DNA of 64,000 nt from Vulcanimicrobiota bacterium (GTDB lineage Bacteria > Vulcanimicrobiota > Xenobia > Xenobiales > JADMJV01): positions 96,001 through 160,000 of the forward strand of contig JBFWNU010000004.1 of assembly GCA_050250895.1 (NCBI GenBank). Reading direction: 5' to 3'. Below, piece by piece: positions 19,851 through 29,217 of this stretch. The first letter of the stretch is position 1. Each line of letters begins with the position of its first letter. The position numbers and the translations under genes were made by a program. The notes under the pieces are model-generated. The model made no database searches. It was not told the origin of the DNA and saw only the letters and a program-made list of their open reading frames with translations.

Positions 19851-22077
19851 CGAAGTCTCCCACGCAAATCATTGGCGCCCAGAAACAGGGGTGAACAAGT
19901 TGTTCTCTAGCTGCTTGACTGGCTGCCTGGCAAGCAGCCGCGATACCCTGTCCTTGGCCGAGTGATTGGTAGAACTTCTTCATCCAGAGACCAGTGGCCA
20001 CGCCGTCGACGGGATAGACGGGAGCTACCAAGGCTCTAAAATCACCACCGTCGACAACTGTTGTGAATCCTCGAAGGTCCAGCCCCCCGTGACGCGTTGC
20101 TCCCGTGCCACACGCGGCCATCACCAAACAGGAAAACTTGCTCCGGACAATCGTCTCGTCGTTCCAACATTTGTCGTGAAACACGGGATAGTATTCGCCC
20201 TCAACTGGGCGGCCATGTGCGCGAACATGAATCCAGCCGGTCGCCATGGCCGACTCTGCCAGTTGATCAAGGCTTGCCGCTGTGCCGACAAACACCTGCG
20301 CATTCGGCCTTGCGGCCCTAATCGCGTCGATGTCGAGTTGACCGCCGCGGTTCTCATTGACATCGAGATCTGGCGCCAGGATAACGACACCGTCTGTACT
20401 GCTACGCCGCCTCCGCAATATGTCATGAATTCCCATTGATGACTGAACGAGCGAGAGTGTCCACGTTTGGTCGACCAAGACTCCACGTCTACCGAGGCCA
20501 AGCGCTGACCACGGCAGGCTGAACATCCGTGGGTCCGGCGACAAAACAACGTGTCCTACCTTAAGCTCTTCGAGCATCTCCAATATCGGTTCTGGAAAGA
20601 GCCAACGGCCAAGCGTATCGAGGTCTTCCTTGTAGCATGCGTAGTCAGCTTCAGCTGCTTCCTTGCCTTGAGCAGTTAGAGTCCCCGTATCGTCAGTCTC
20701 CAAGTACACGAGCATGTCAGAGAAACGCTCGAAAGCTTCTACGATACGCTCTACCAGCCCACGACCACGTGAGCCTTGATGGCGTCCGAGGACCGCTCCT
20801 ACGTGTCTATTCGGGCAATTCGGTTGAGTCCAGGGAGCAACAAGAATGCCGGATTCGCTATCATCCGGTTCAGCGACGCAAACGAAGACAACTAGCGAGT
20901 CTCCGGACATAGCGTAATGCTCTAGAAAGGCGACGGGATGGTCAGCCTCCTCGGCCAGCCGCATAGCAGCCCGCGGCAACGTATATGCACCGAGTTGCTC
21001 AGTCGAGTATTTAGACAAATCGAAGTCGGATGTCGATTCTCGGTAACCCTCAATTTGCTCTTTCCAGCCGTTCTCTCTGAAGACACGTTCAATGCGGCCC
21101 TTTTGCATCGCGAGCAGCGGCCACGCTCGGCCAGGGGCTTCCTGAAGAGCACACATGTGAAGCTCTGTCTCCATGTTATTGTAAAGATTCTGTGCTCTGA
21201 CCGTCAGTGAGGCACGCGATGCCTCTGGACTCGAAATCGCTCTCTCCCAGAGGGTCTCGCGAGCATGGTGGCCCATGGTTGCAAATCGGTCAGTGGCGGT
21301 CAGCCAAGCCTCATGCCCGGTCTCTAAATAGAGGCAAAGGAAACTTCGCGCCAAGTCACCAGAGATACGTTCAATCGCCGGGTAATCGTCTCGACCACAA
21401 GCTTCGTTAAGCGCGCGACCCAGTAGCATGAGCGATTCTTCGTCCTGACTGCCCTCGCCCCGGAGGTTTGCCCCCAGCATATGAAATGAGTCTGCGAGTT
21501 TCGCCCTATCTGCGGTGGGAGAGATGAGGTAATATGCCAGCGCGACCTTCCAAAGCACTTCTGCCTCAGGGCTGCCTTGCATTTTGAGGATGGTGGCCAG
21601 GTTGAAGGCAGCATTCCCGGCTTGGTGCCAATCATTCAATTCAAGAGAGCGACGCAGACTCTCGCGAAAGCCGTCCAGCACGGTCTGGTCCACGATTCCT
21701 TGCCGCATCTCGATTTCCGCGTAGGCGTGGGCGACTAGGTGGTCATAGTCGAGGCCTTTTTCTTGTGTGAACTCTCGAGCCGACTTCAACTTGTTTTTTG
21801 CAAGGGAAAATTCACCTCGACGGCACGCTAGGCTACACTCGTGGAAGCGCACGTCCGCCTCGCATCGATCCATGAATTCCTTGAGTTCCTGCTTGGCATT
21901 CTCTGGCAAGTTTCCAGGCAACGCTTGTAGGTGGCCTCGCACTGTTTCAATCAGTTTCTCGACATCGTCGAGGCTTTCGGCGCTCAGACTTCGTTGAATA
22001 GCCTGCAAGCACACTGCCAATTGTGTTAGGGCTTCGCGCAAGGTAAGGTAAACTACGTGATGGCCACCTTTGTCCAC
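19831..22077 (-). CDS. TPR-CHAT (caspase-like) protease, cytoplasmic
   Basis: Helical repeats followed by CHAT motifs SPD..F.LPW, IHVRAHG, VMAACGTG, HPCFWAP. GTG at 22077 is the likely start inside the island. Confidence 0.82.
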   Translation of the reverse strand: MDKGGHHVVYLTLREALTQLAVCLQAIQRSLSAESLDDVEKLIETVRGHLQALPGNLPENAKQELKEFMDRCEADVRFHECSLACRRGEFSLAKNKLKSAREFTQEKGLDYDHLVAHAYAEIEMRQGIVDQTVLDGFRESLRRSLELNDWHQAGNAAFNLATILKMQGSPEAEVLWKVALAYYLISPTADRAKLADSFHMLGANLRGEGSQDEESLMLLGRALNEACGRDDYPAIERISGDLARSFLCLYLETGHEAWLTATDRFATMGHHARETLWERAISSPEASRASLTVRAQNLYNNMETELHMCALQEAPGRAWPLLAMQKGRIERVFRENGWKEQIEGYRESTSDFDLSKYSTEQLGAYTLPRAAMRLAEEADHPVAFLEHYAMSGDSLVVFVCVAEPDDSESGILVAPWTQPNCPNRHVGAVLGRHQGSRGRGLVERIVEAFERFSDMLVYLETDDTGTLTAQGKEAAEADYACYKEDLDTLGRWLFPEPILEMLEELKVGHVVLSPDPRMFSLPWSALGLGRRGVLVDQTWTLSLVQSSMGIHDILRRRRSSTDGVVILAPDLDVNENRGGQLDIDAIRAARPNAQVFVGTAASLDQLAESAMATGWIHVRAHGRPVEGEYYPVFHDKCWNDETIVRSKFSCLVMAACGTGATRHGGLDLRGFTTVVDGGDFRALVAPVYPVDGVATGLWMKKFYQSLGQGQGIAAACQAASQAAREQLVHPCFWAPMICVGDFGATLAV

Positions 22078-22108
22078 CGTGGGGTCTTCTCCCGGCCTGC
22101 TAAGATTA

Positions 22109-22420
22109 CCTACTGACCGTCTGGGCCTGGCCTGGTCGCTTTGCTCCATCCAGGCAGATGCCGGCCACCAATCGCTCGAGGCTGACCTTGAGGGCGCGGC
22201 TCGACTGACGATGCAAGACCAGTACCAGCAACCCGAAGAGCACCAGCGAGTGCGGGTCGGGCGCGTTGGACAACTCGAGTTCGGCCACCGCCCCCAGCAA
22301 GAAAATCAAAGACCAGCACCCGGTCCGCAAGAGCCAGATCTGGCGGGCAGGGGGCTGGTCGAAGGCGAGCCCGATCAGGCTCAGGGCGAGACAGGTCGAG
22401 GTGAAGAGAAGAAGTTCCAC
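22109..22420 (-). pseudogene. 5' half of host membrane-protein gene split by the island
   Basis: GGGGAGG RBS and TM segments. The stop falls immediately inside the island boundary. Confidence 0.65.
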
Positions 22421-22450
22421 CCTCCCCCCTCACGCCCCAGCGGCTAGATG

Positions 22451-22975
22451 TCAACGTTTGGCCGGCTGCTGACTGAAGAGCTTGATCATTTCGCGGTTGA
22501 AATCGGGAATGTCTTCAGGCTTGCGCGAGGTGACCAGGTTGTCGTCCACCACCACACTCTTGTCTTCAAAGCGAGCCCCGGCGTTCTTGAGGTCGACGGC
22601 CACCGAGGCATAACAGGTCGCCTTCTTGCCGCGCACACCGTCAGCCGAGATCAGCAACTGCGGACCGTGACAGATGGCCGCGATCGGTTTGTTCTGCTTG
22701 ACGAAGTGGCCCACGAACTCGACCGCTCCCTTCTCGAGCCGAAGCTGCTCGGGCGAGCTTCCACCGGGAATCACCAGGGCGTCATAGTCGGACGGGTCCG
22801 TGTCGGCAATGGCTTTGTCAGACTTGAGCTGGCAGCTGCCTTTCTTGCCGCGATACGCCTCGCCGGCGGTGGGGGCCACCACATCGACTTCAAAATCGTT
22901 CTCGCGCAGACACTTCAGCGGTTGGCCCGCTTCCGAATCCTCGAACTGGTTGGTCAGAATCATTGCGACTTTCAT
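22451..22975 (-). CDS. PfpI/DJ-1 family protein (type 1 glutamine amidotransferase-like)
   Basis: FEDSE, YDALVIPGG, AICHGP, LVTSRKPEDIPDF. Confidence 0.95.
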   Translation of the reverse strand: MKVAMILTNQFEDSEAGQPLKCLRENDFEVDVVAPTAGEAYRGKKGSCQLKSDKAIADTDPSDYDALVIPGGSSPEQLRLEKGAVEFVGHFVKQNKPIAAICHGPQLLISADGVRGKKATCYASVAVDLKNAGARFEDKSVVVDDNLVTSRKPEDIPDFNREMIKLFSQQPAKR

Positions 22976-23078
22976 AACAGTCTCCTTTCAGGGTTCACTC
23001 TCGAGCATCTCGCAGGCGCCGGTGCAGCGCAGCATCCCCTGGGCCACGGTACCCCCATCCCAAAAACCTTCTGCCATC

Positions 23079-23132
23079 TTGATGGCTCACACGAAATCCT
23101 TGACGCCTTCTTGAGATCGACCCACCCATAAT
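23079..23132 (+). promoter_or_regulatory. Candidate response-regulator repeats and -10 of kup operon
   Basis: TTGAT (23079), TTGAC (23100) and TTGAG (23111) at 21/11-bp spacing, then CATAAT 8 nt before ATG. Confidence 0.55.
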
Positions 23133-23140
23133 AGAAACCC

Positions 23141-25075
23141 ATGGAACAAACCGTTACCGCACCGGCCACTACCTGGGCCCAACCGTCGACTCACGCCGAC
23201 GACCAACCCGAGGCCGGCAACCGCCTTGCCCTTCTGATGCTGGGAGCCCTGGGCGTGGTGTATGGAGACATCGGCACCAGTCCCCTCTATGCGCTGCGCG
23301 AGTCCTTTCACGCTGGCATCCACCCGTCTCCCTCGAATGTCATGGGAGTGCTCTCGCTGATCTTCTGGTCGCTGGTGCTGGTCATCTGCGTCAAATACCT
23401 GGTCTTCATCGTCCGCGCCGACCACTACGGAGAAGGCGGCATTCTGGCTTTGTCGGCCCTGGTGGCGGGCAGCCCCGCCCGTCGCGCCCGAGGCGGCAAA
23501 CTGGTATTGACGTTGGGATTGTTCGGCACCGCGCTGCTCTATGGCGATGGAATGATCACGCCGGCCATTTCGGTGCTCAGCGCCATCGAAGGACTGGGCG
23601 AGGCCACCCCGGTCTTCGAGCCCTATGTGATTCCCTTGACGATCATCATCCTGGTGGTGCTCTTTTCGGGCCAGTCGCGCGGCACCGATTCGGTCGGGCG
23701 ACTCTTTGGTCCGGTCACGCTGGTCTGGTTCACCGCCCTGGCCAGCCTGGGCCTGTGGCACATCGCCCAGCAACCCGCCATTCTGGCCAGCCTCTGGCCC
23801 GGCCACGCCCTGACCTTTTTCCTCGACAACGGTTGGCGGGGCCTGCTGGTGTTGGGTTCGGTCTTTCTGGTGGTGACCGGCGGCGAGGCGCTCTATGCCG
23901 ACATGGGCCACTTCGGTCGAAAGCCGATCCGGCGCGCCTGGTTTGCCCTCGTCCTACCGGCCCTGCTGCTCAACTATCTGGGCCAGGGCGCTCTGGTCCT
24001 GAGTCGGCCCGAAACGGTCGCCAACCCATTCTTTCGCATGCTACCCAGGTGGGGCTACTACCCCATGGTCTTGTTGGCGGCGGCGGCCACGGTGATCGCG
24101 TCGCAGGCCCTCATCTCGGGCTGCTACTCCCTCACCATGCAGGCAGCCCAACTGGGCTACCTGCCGCGTTTGCGGGTCGACCATACGTCATCGACCGAAA
24201 AGGGCCAGGTCTACGTGGGCCTGGTCAACTGGGTGCTGATGGCCTGTTGCATCGGCCTGGTGTTGGCCTTTCGAACCTCGAGCAATCTGGCCGCCGCCTA
24301 CGGAGTGGCCGTCACAGCCACGATGGTGATCACAACCCTACTGTTCTTCTATCTAAGCCACTACGCCTGGCACTGGCCGCTGTGGAAGTCCGTCATTCTA
24401 TGCGGGATCTTCCTGGTGATCGACCTGGCCTTCTTCGGCGCCAACCTTACCAAGATTGCCCACGGCGGCTGGTTTCCGCTGCTGGTGGGAGGTCTCTTCT
24501 TCACCCTGATGCAAACCTGGAGGTCAGGGCGGCGAATGGTGGGAGCCCGCCTGGCCGCGCGTTCGATGTCGCTGCCACAATTCGTGGCCGAACTCGAGGG
24601 CAGTCCTCCCCGACGGGTCGAAGGCACGGCCGTCTTCATGAGCGGCCAGGCCAGGGTCGCACCGCCGGCCCTGCTGGCCAATTTCCGCTACAATCACGTG
24701 CTGCATGAGAGAGTGGTGCTGGTGACGGTGGTAACCTCGGACCGTCCCTGGCTGCAGCCAGGCGAGCGGGCCGAAATCGAGTCGGTGGGACCGGGAATCT
24801 ACCGAGTGACCTTGAACTTTGGATATATGGCCAAGCCCGATGTTCCGGCCGCACTCGACGGATTGATGCTAGACGACCGGCCCCTTTTAGGGCCCGAGTT
24901 GACCTATTTCCTGGGGCGAGAGACGGTGATCGCGAAGAAAGACCTGGACAGTCCTATGTCCCTCTGGCGCGAGCGGCTCTTCGCGCTACTGTCTCGCAAC
25001 GCCACCGACGCCACGGCCTTTTTCAACATCCCACCCGATCAAGTGGTCGAAATGGGCACGCAGATCGAGCTATGA
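23141..25075 (+). CDS. kup: KUP-family potassium transporter
   Basis: LGVVYGDIGTSPLYA, YGDGMITPAISVLSA, EALYADMGHF, C-terminal VEMGTQIEL. Confidence 0.97.
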   Translation: MEQTVTAPATTWAQPSTHADDQPEAGNRLALLMLGALGVVYGDIGTSPLYALRESFHAGIHPSPSNVMGVLSLIFWSLVLVICVKYLVFIVRADHYGEGGILALSALVAGSPARRARGGKLVLTLGLFGTALLYGDGMITPAISVLSAIEGLGEATPVFEPYVIPLTIIILVVLFSGQSRGTDSVGRLFGPVTLVWFTALASLGLWHIAQQPAILASLWPGHALTFFLDNGWRGLLVLGSVFLVVTGGEALYADMGHFGRKPIRRAWFALVLPALLLNYLGQGALVLSRPETVANPFFRMLPRWGYYPMVLLAAAATVIASQALISGCYSLTMQAAQLGYLPRLRVDHTSSTEKGQVYVGLVNWVLMACCIGLVLAFRTSSNLAAAYGVAVTATMVITTLLFFYLSHYAWHWPLWKSVILCGIFLVIDLAFFGANLTKIAHGGWFPLLVGGLFFTLMQTWRSGRRMVGARLAARSMSLPQFVAELEGSPPRRVEGTAVFMSGQARVAPPALLANFRYNHVLHERVVLVTVVTSDRPWLQPGERAEIESVGPGIYRVTLNFGYMAKPDVPAALDGLMLDDRPLLGPELTYFLGRETVIAKKDLDSPMSLWRERLFALLSRNATDATAFFNIPPDQVVEMGTQIEL

Positions 25076-25734
25076 ATACGCGCGTGCTGGTGGTCGACGA
25101 CGAGCGTTCCGTGCGCCGTTTTCTGCGCACCACCCTGACCGCCCAGGGCTATCGCGTCTTCGAGGCTACCGACGGAGCCAGTGCGCTGACAGAAGTGCGC
25201 AGCCAGCGTCCCGACCTGGTGATTCTCGACCTGGGACTGCCCGATCTCGACGGAACCGAGGTCACGCGGCAGTTGCGCGAATGGACCAGCATACCCATTC
25301 TGATCCTCTCGGTTCGAGATAGTGAAACCGAAAAGATCGAAGCCCTCGATGCCGGAGCCGACGACTATCTTACCAAGCCTTTCGGCGTGGGAGAACTGAT
25401 GGCTCGACTGCGGGCGGCCATGCGGCGCATGGCTCCCGAACAGCAGAGCTTCTCGGAGAGCGGGCTGGAGATCGACTTCGGCTTGCGGCGAGTGGCGGTG
25501 GAGGGCGTCGAGGTCAAGTTGACGCCTACCGAGTATGACCTCTTGCGCGTGCTCACGCAGGCCGCCGGCCAGGTCCTGACCCACTCGCAGTTGCTGCGCC
25601 AGGTGTGGGGACCCGTGGACGAGTCCGATGTCCACACCTTGCGAGTGAACATCAGCAACTTGCGGAAGAAGCTCGGGGGTAACTACATCCTGACCGAGCC
25701 GGGGGTGGGATACCGACTGGGCCTGGATGGCTGA
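25072..25734 (+). CDS. kdpE: KdpE-like OmpR-family response regulator 1
   Basis: VVDDE, LDLGLPD, GADDYLTKPF, LRVNISNLRKKL, TEPGVGYR. Confidence 0.88.
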   Translation: MNTRVLVVDDERSVRRFLRTTLTAQGYRVFEATDGASALTEVRSQRPDLVILDLGLPDLDGTEVTRQLREWTSIPILILSVRDSETEKIEALDAGADDYLTKPFGVGELMARLRAAMRRMAPEQQSFSESGLEIDFGLRRVAVEGVEVKLTPTEYDLLRVLTQAAGQVLTHSQLLRQVWGPVDESDVHTLRVNISNLRKKLGGNYILTEPGVGYRLGLDG

Positions 25735-28045
25735 ACTGCGAGTATTCTTCGGCCCCGCCGAAGAGACCGCCGAAGCCCTGGCCAAAGAGGCGGCCCGGCG
25801 CGGTCTCGAGGTGACGGCCGAGCTTGAGCTCGAAAAGCTGCTCAAAGCCCGACCGGCGGCCGTGGCTGTGGACCGGCTGGCCAAAGTCAACCCCCCGGGC
25901 GGTCGCCACGCGCAACGTTATCTCGATGTGGCCGACTTGCTGGCGGCCGGTATCTCGGTCTACACCACCATGGAGGTTGACCAGCTGGAGAGTCAGGTCG
26001 ATGCCATCGAGCGCATCACCGGCCGCCGGCCCGAGAGTGCCGTGCCGGATCCCTTTCTCGACCAGGCCGAAGTCGTGCTGGTCGACCAGTCCGTCCAGAC
26101 AGCCGAGCAGCTGGCTCTCAGAGAGCTGGCTTTGCGACAGACCGCCCTCTGGGTCGAGCGTCGCTTGCTGCGCGAGGAGCCCCGGGCCACTCCGTGGCCT
26201 AGCGCCGAGCGCCTGTTGGTTTGCGTCGGGCCAAGCCCCTTGAGCGAGAAGCTGGTGCGTGCCGCCAAGCGACTGGCCGACTCTCTGGGGGTCGAATGGC
26301 TGGCCCTGCATGTCGACACCATCGGCCTTCGCCCGGCTGAACGCCAGAGAGTGGCTCAGCATCTGGAGTTGGCCGCTCGGCTTGGGGCCAGAGTGCTGGC
26401 CAGCCCGACTTCCCACTCGCTGGTTGAAGCCGTGGTCGAAGTCTCGCAGCGCGAGAACGTAACTCGCATCGTGGCCGGCAAACCTCTGGGCCCGTCCTGG
26501 CGACGCCTGTTCACGCGTTCTTTGACCGACGAGATCCTGGCCCGTACCCGCGGCATCGACATCTTCGTGCTGGGCTCAGACGAGACCGAACCGCCCCCCG
26601 CCCCCGCCGCCGACAGACCCGCCACCAACGCCTATCTGGCGGCCGCCTTGCTGGTGGCTCTGGCCACTGCCCTGGGCTTGCCACTACAACCCCATCTCAG
26701 CCCCACCAACCTGGTGATGCTCTATCTTGCCGCGGTCGTCACCTCGGCCTATCGCTTCGGTCGCGGCCCGTCTAACCTGGCAGCCTTGCTGAGCGTCATG
26801 GCCTTTGACCTGGTCTTTGTGCCGCCTCGCCTTCGATTGGCGGTGGATGACTCGGAGTACATCATCACCTTTGTAGGCTTTCTGGCGGTGGGGCTCCTGG
26901 TTAGCAGTCTGACGGCCCAGGCCCGCGAGCAAGCCCGCCGGGCTCAGCAACGCGAAGGCCAGGCCCTCGACCTGCTGCGCTTGAGCCGCGAGCTCAGTCG
27001 GGCTAGCAGCGTGCCGGCCGTACTCGAAGCCACCGCCGCCCACCTCCGCCGCCACTTCGGTGAGGCTTACCTGGCGGGGCCCGGAAGCGAGGAAATCGAG
27101 CCGGCGGCCCAACTCGCCCTCGAAACGGGCAGTCCGGTGGGAAAGGGTACCGACACCATGCCCGAGGCGACCTGCTGCTGGCTACCTCTGGGTGCAGAAG
27201 AGCGCAACCTGGCGGTAGTGGGTATTCAAAAGCCGCCACCCCAGGGCGACGTGCTGGCTCAGGAGTTGCTAGAGGCGACCCTGGCTCAGGCCGCCACCGC
27301 CCTGGCCCGGGCCGAACTCGTCGAGACGGCCCGCCAAAACGAGTTGCTGCGGGCCACCGAGCGCCTGCAGACAGCTTTGCTCAACTCTATCTCGCACGAT
27401 TTACGAATTCCGCTGGTGTCGATTCAGGGGGCGCTCTCGAGTCTGCTCGAAGAAAGTCTCGAGTTCGATGCCGAGTCACGACGCAGCCTGCTAGAAAATG
27501 CCGTCTCCGAAGCCGAACGACTCAACCGGCTGGTAGCCAACCTGCTGCAGATGACCCGTCTCGAGTCGGGTGCCCTCAAAGTGCGTCCGGTGCTTTGCGA
27601 TGCGACCGATCTGGTGGCCACCTCGGTCGAGGCACTTCACAGCCGGCTGGCCGACCATCCGGTAGAACTCGATCTTCCTGACGACCTGCCCCTGGTGGCC
27701 ATGGACTATGTGCTGATGCAACAAGTCTTGATCAATCTGTTGGAGAACGCCATTGCGCACAGCCCCGAAACAGCCCCCATTCGAGTCGAGGCCGCTTGCC
27801 AGGGCTCCGGTTTGATTCTATCGGTGCTAGACAGGGGTCCAGGTGTGCCCGAGGAAATGCGGCCGAAGGTGTTCGAGAGATTCGTACGCGGCGAAAGTTC
27901 CGAACCGGGCGGCAGTGGCCTGGGCCTATCCATCTGCAAGGCGTTGGCCGAAGCCCACCAGGGTGAGGTCTGGCACGAGCCCCGGCCCGGGGGGGGCTCG
28001 GCCTTTCGCCTGCGCCTGCCGCTGGAAGCGAGGGAGGGCCCATGA
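25727..28045 (+). CDS. kdpD: KdpD-like sensor histidine kinase with degenerate N-terminal domain
   Basis: RYLDV.DLL.AGI.VYTT, USP domain, 4-TM region, SHDLRIPL H-box, NLLENA, GSGLGL. Confidence 0.9.
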   Translation: MAELRVFFGPAEETAEALAKEAARRGLEVTAELELEKLLKARPAAVAVDRLAKVNPPGGRHAQRYLDVADLLAAGISVYTTMEVDQLESQVDAIERITGRRPESAVPDPFLDQAEVVLVDQSVQTAEQLALRELALRQTALWVERRLLREEPRATPWPSAERLLVCVGPSPLSEKLVRAAKRLADSLGVEWLALHVDTIGLRPAERQRVAQHLELAARLGARVLASPTSHSLVEAVVEVSQRENVTRIVAGKPLGPSWRRLFTRSLTDEILARTRGIDIFVLGSDETEPPPAPAADRPATNAYLAAALLVALATALGLPLQPHLSPTNLVMLYLAAVVTSAYRFGRGPSNLAALLSVMAFDLVFVPPRLRLAVDDSEYIITFVGFLAVGLLVSSLTAQAREQARRAQQREGQALDLLRLSRELSRASSVPAVLEATAAHLRRHFGEAYLAGPGSEEIEPAAQLALETGSPVGKGTDTMPEATCCWLPLGAEERNLAVVGIQKPPPQGDVLAQELLEATLAQAATALARAELVETARQNELLRATERLQTALLNSISHDLRIPLVSIQGALSSLLEESLEFDAESRRSLLENAVSEAERLNRLVANLLQMTRLESGALKVRPVLCDATDLVATSVEALHSRLADHPVELDLPDDLPLVAMDYVLMQQVLINLLENAIAHSPETAPIRVEAACQGSGLILSVLDRGPGVPEEMRPKVFERFVRGESSEPGGSGLGLSICKALAEAHQGEVWHEPRPGGGSAFRLRLPLEAREGP

Positions 28046-28719
28046 CCCGGGTGCTGGTGGTCGAAGACGAGCCCTCGGTTCGCCTCTTCCTGGAGGAGTG
28101 CCTGAGTGGCGCGGGTTTTTCGGTGGAGATCGTCGACACGGCCACCGCGGCCTACGAGCATCTACGCGCCGACCCTCCCGACCTGCTGTTGCTCGATCTG
28201 GGGCTGCCCGACCTCGATGGTCTGGATCTGCTGGCGATGCTTCGCGAATGGAGCCGTCTGCCCGTGATTGTCCTGAGCGTGCGTGATGACGAAGAGACGA
28301 TCGTGGCCGCCCTCGACGCCGGCGCCGATGATTATCTCAGCAAGCCTTTTCGGACCAGCGAATTGTTGGCGCGTCTGCGGGTAGCTCTGCGCCACACTGG
28401 CGGCGAGGCCGAAGAGGAGGTCTTCGAGAGTGGACCTCTGCGGGTCGACCTGGCCGCCAGGGTGGTCGGTCTAGCCGGCCGCGAGGTGCAGTTGACCCCC
28501 ACCGAATATGACCTGCTGCGAGTCTTGATCGCCGACCAGGGCCGGGTCCTGACCCACCACCAGTTGCTCACTCGGGTGTGGGGCGAGGGCTTTCTGGAAG
28601 ACATCCAGGTCCTGCGGGTCAACATCAGCAACCTGCGCAAAAAGATCGAGCCCGACCCGCGCCACCCGCAACTGCTGGTGACCGAACCGGGTGTCGGCTA
28701 TCGCCTGCGACTTCTTTAG
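28042..28719 (+). CDS. kdpE: KdpE-like response regulator 2
   Basis: VVEDE, LDLGLPD, KIEPDPRHP.LLVTEPGVGYRL. ATGA overlap with kdpD. Confidence 0.88.
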   Translation: MTRVLVVEDEPSVRLFLEECLSGAGFSVEIVDTATAAYEHLRADPPDLLLLDLGLPDLDGLDLLAMLREWSRLPVIVLSVRDDEETIVAALDAGADDYLSKPFRTSELLARLRVALRHTGGEAEEEVFESGPLRVDLAARVVGLAGREVQLTPTEYDLLRVLIADQGRVLTHHQLLTRVWGEGFLEDIQVLRVNISNLRKKIEPDPRHPQLLVTEPGVGYRLRLL

Positions 28720-28785
28720 GATCTCTTTAGGTGGAACTCGACCTTCGAGAGGGGGTATTGAGGGGCAGGCGGCTAGCATGAGAAC

Positions 28786-29181
28786 ATGCGCTGCCTCAAA
28801 GCCAGCTTTAGCCAACCGAATTTGGCCCAACGGGCCTATGGAGCCCTGAGTGACCACGGCGTGCGTCGCTGCGACCGGAGCCTGCTCAACGCCGAACCCG
28901 CGCCGCTTACCCTGGCCACCTGGGCCGACGCCCGCCAGGCCGCCCTGCGCGCCCTGCTGGTGAGCCTGGTGCCGGCCTGGTGGTGGGGACCGCAATGCAT
29001 GGCCGTGGCCGTAGTGCTGGGGTTGGTGTATGGCCTGCTGGTGGATCAGGGGGCTCCCTCTCGAAGGATGCTGTGCGCGGGCCCGATCCACGTTTTGATC
29101 AACCTCCGTCGCGATGGCCCCTCAGAAAGTCTGGTAAGGGCCATCATTCGCAAGTATGGAGGGGTCGCAACCAGCCTCTAA
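28786..29181 (+). CDS. Small membrane protein, hypothetical
   Basis: TAGCAT-N6-ATG and two hydrophobic segments. Confidence 0.55.
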   Translation: MRCLKASFSQPNLAQRAYGALSDHGVRRCDRSLLNAEPAPLTLATWADARQAALRALLVSLVPAWWWGPQCMAVAVVLGLVYGLLVDQGAPSRRMLCAGPIHVLINLRRDGPSESLVRAIIRKYGGVATSL

Positions 29182-29217
29182 GCCAGGTTCCCGCCGGCAG
29201 GCGACGAACCGGGGCAG

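Larger units (their letters stand above)
9607..22111. mobile_element. ~12.5-kb genomic/defence island
   Basis: Appears lower in GC with different codon usage. Carries defence and IS cargo. Flanked by CCT at 9604-9606 and 22109-22111; removal restores one ORF. No integrase seen. Confidence 0.7.
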
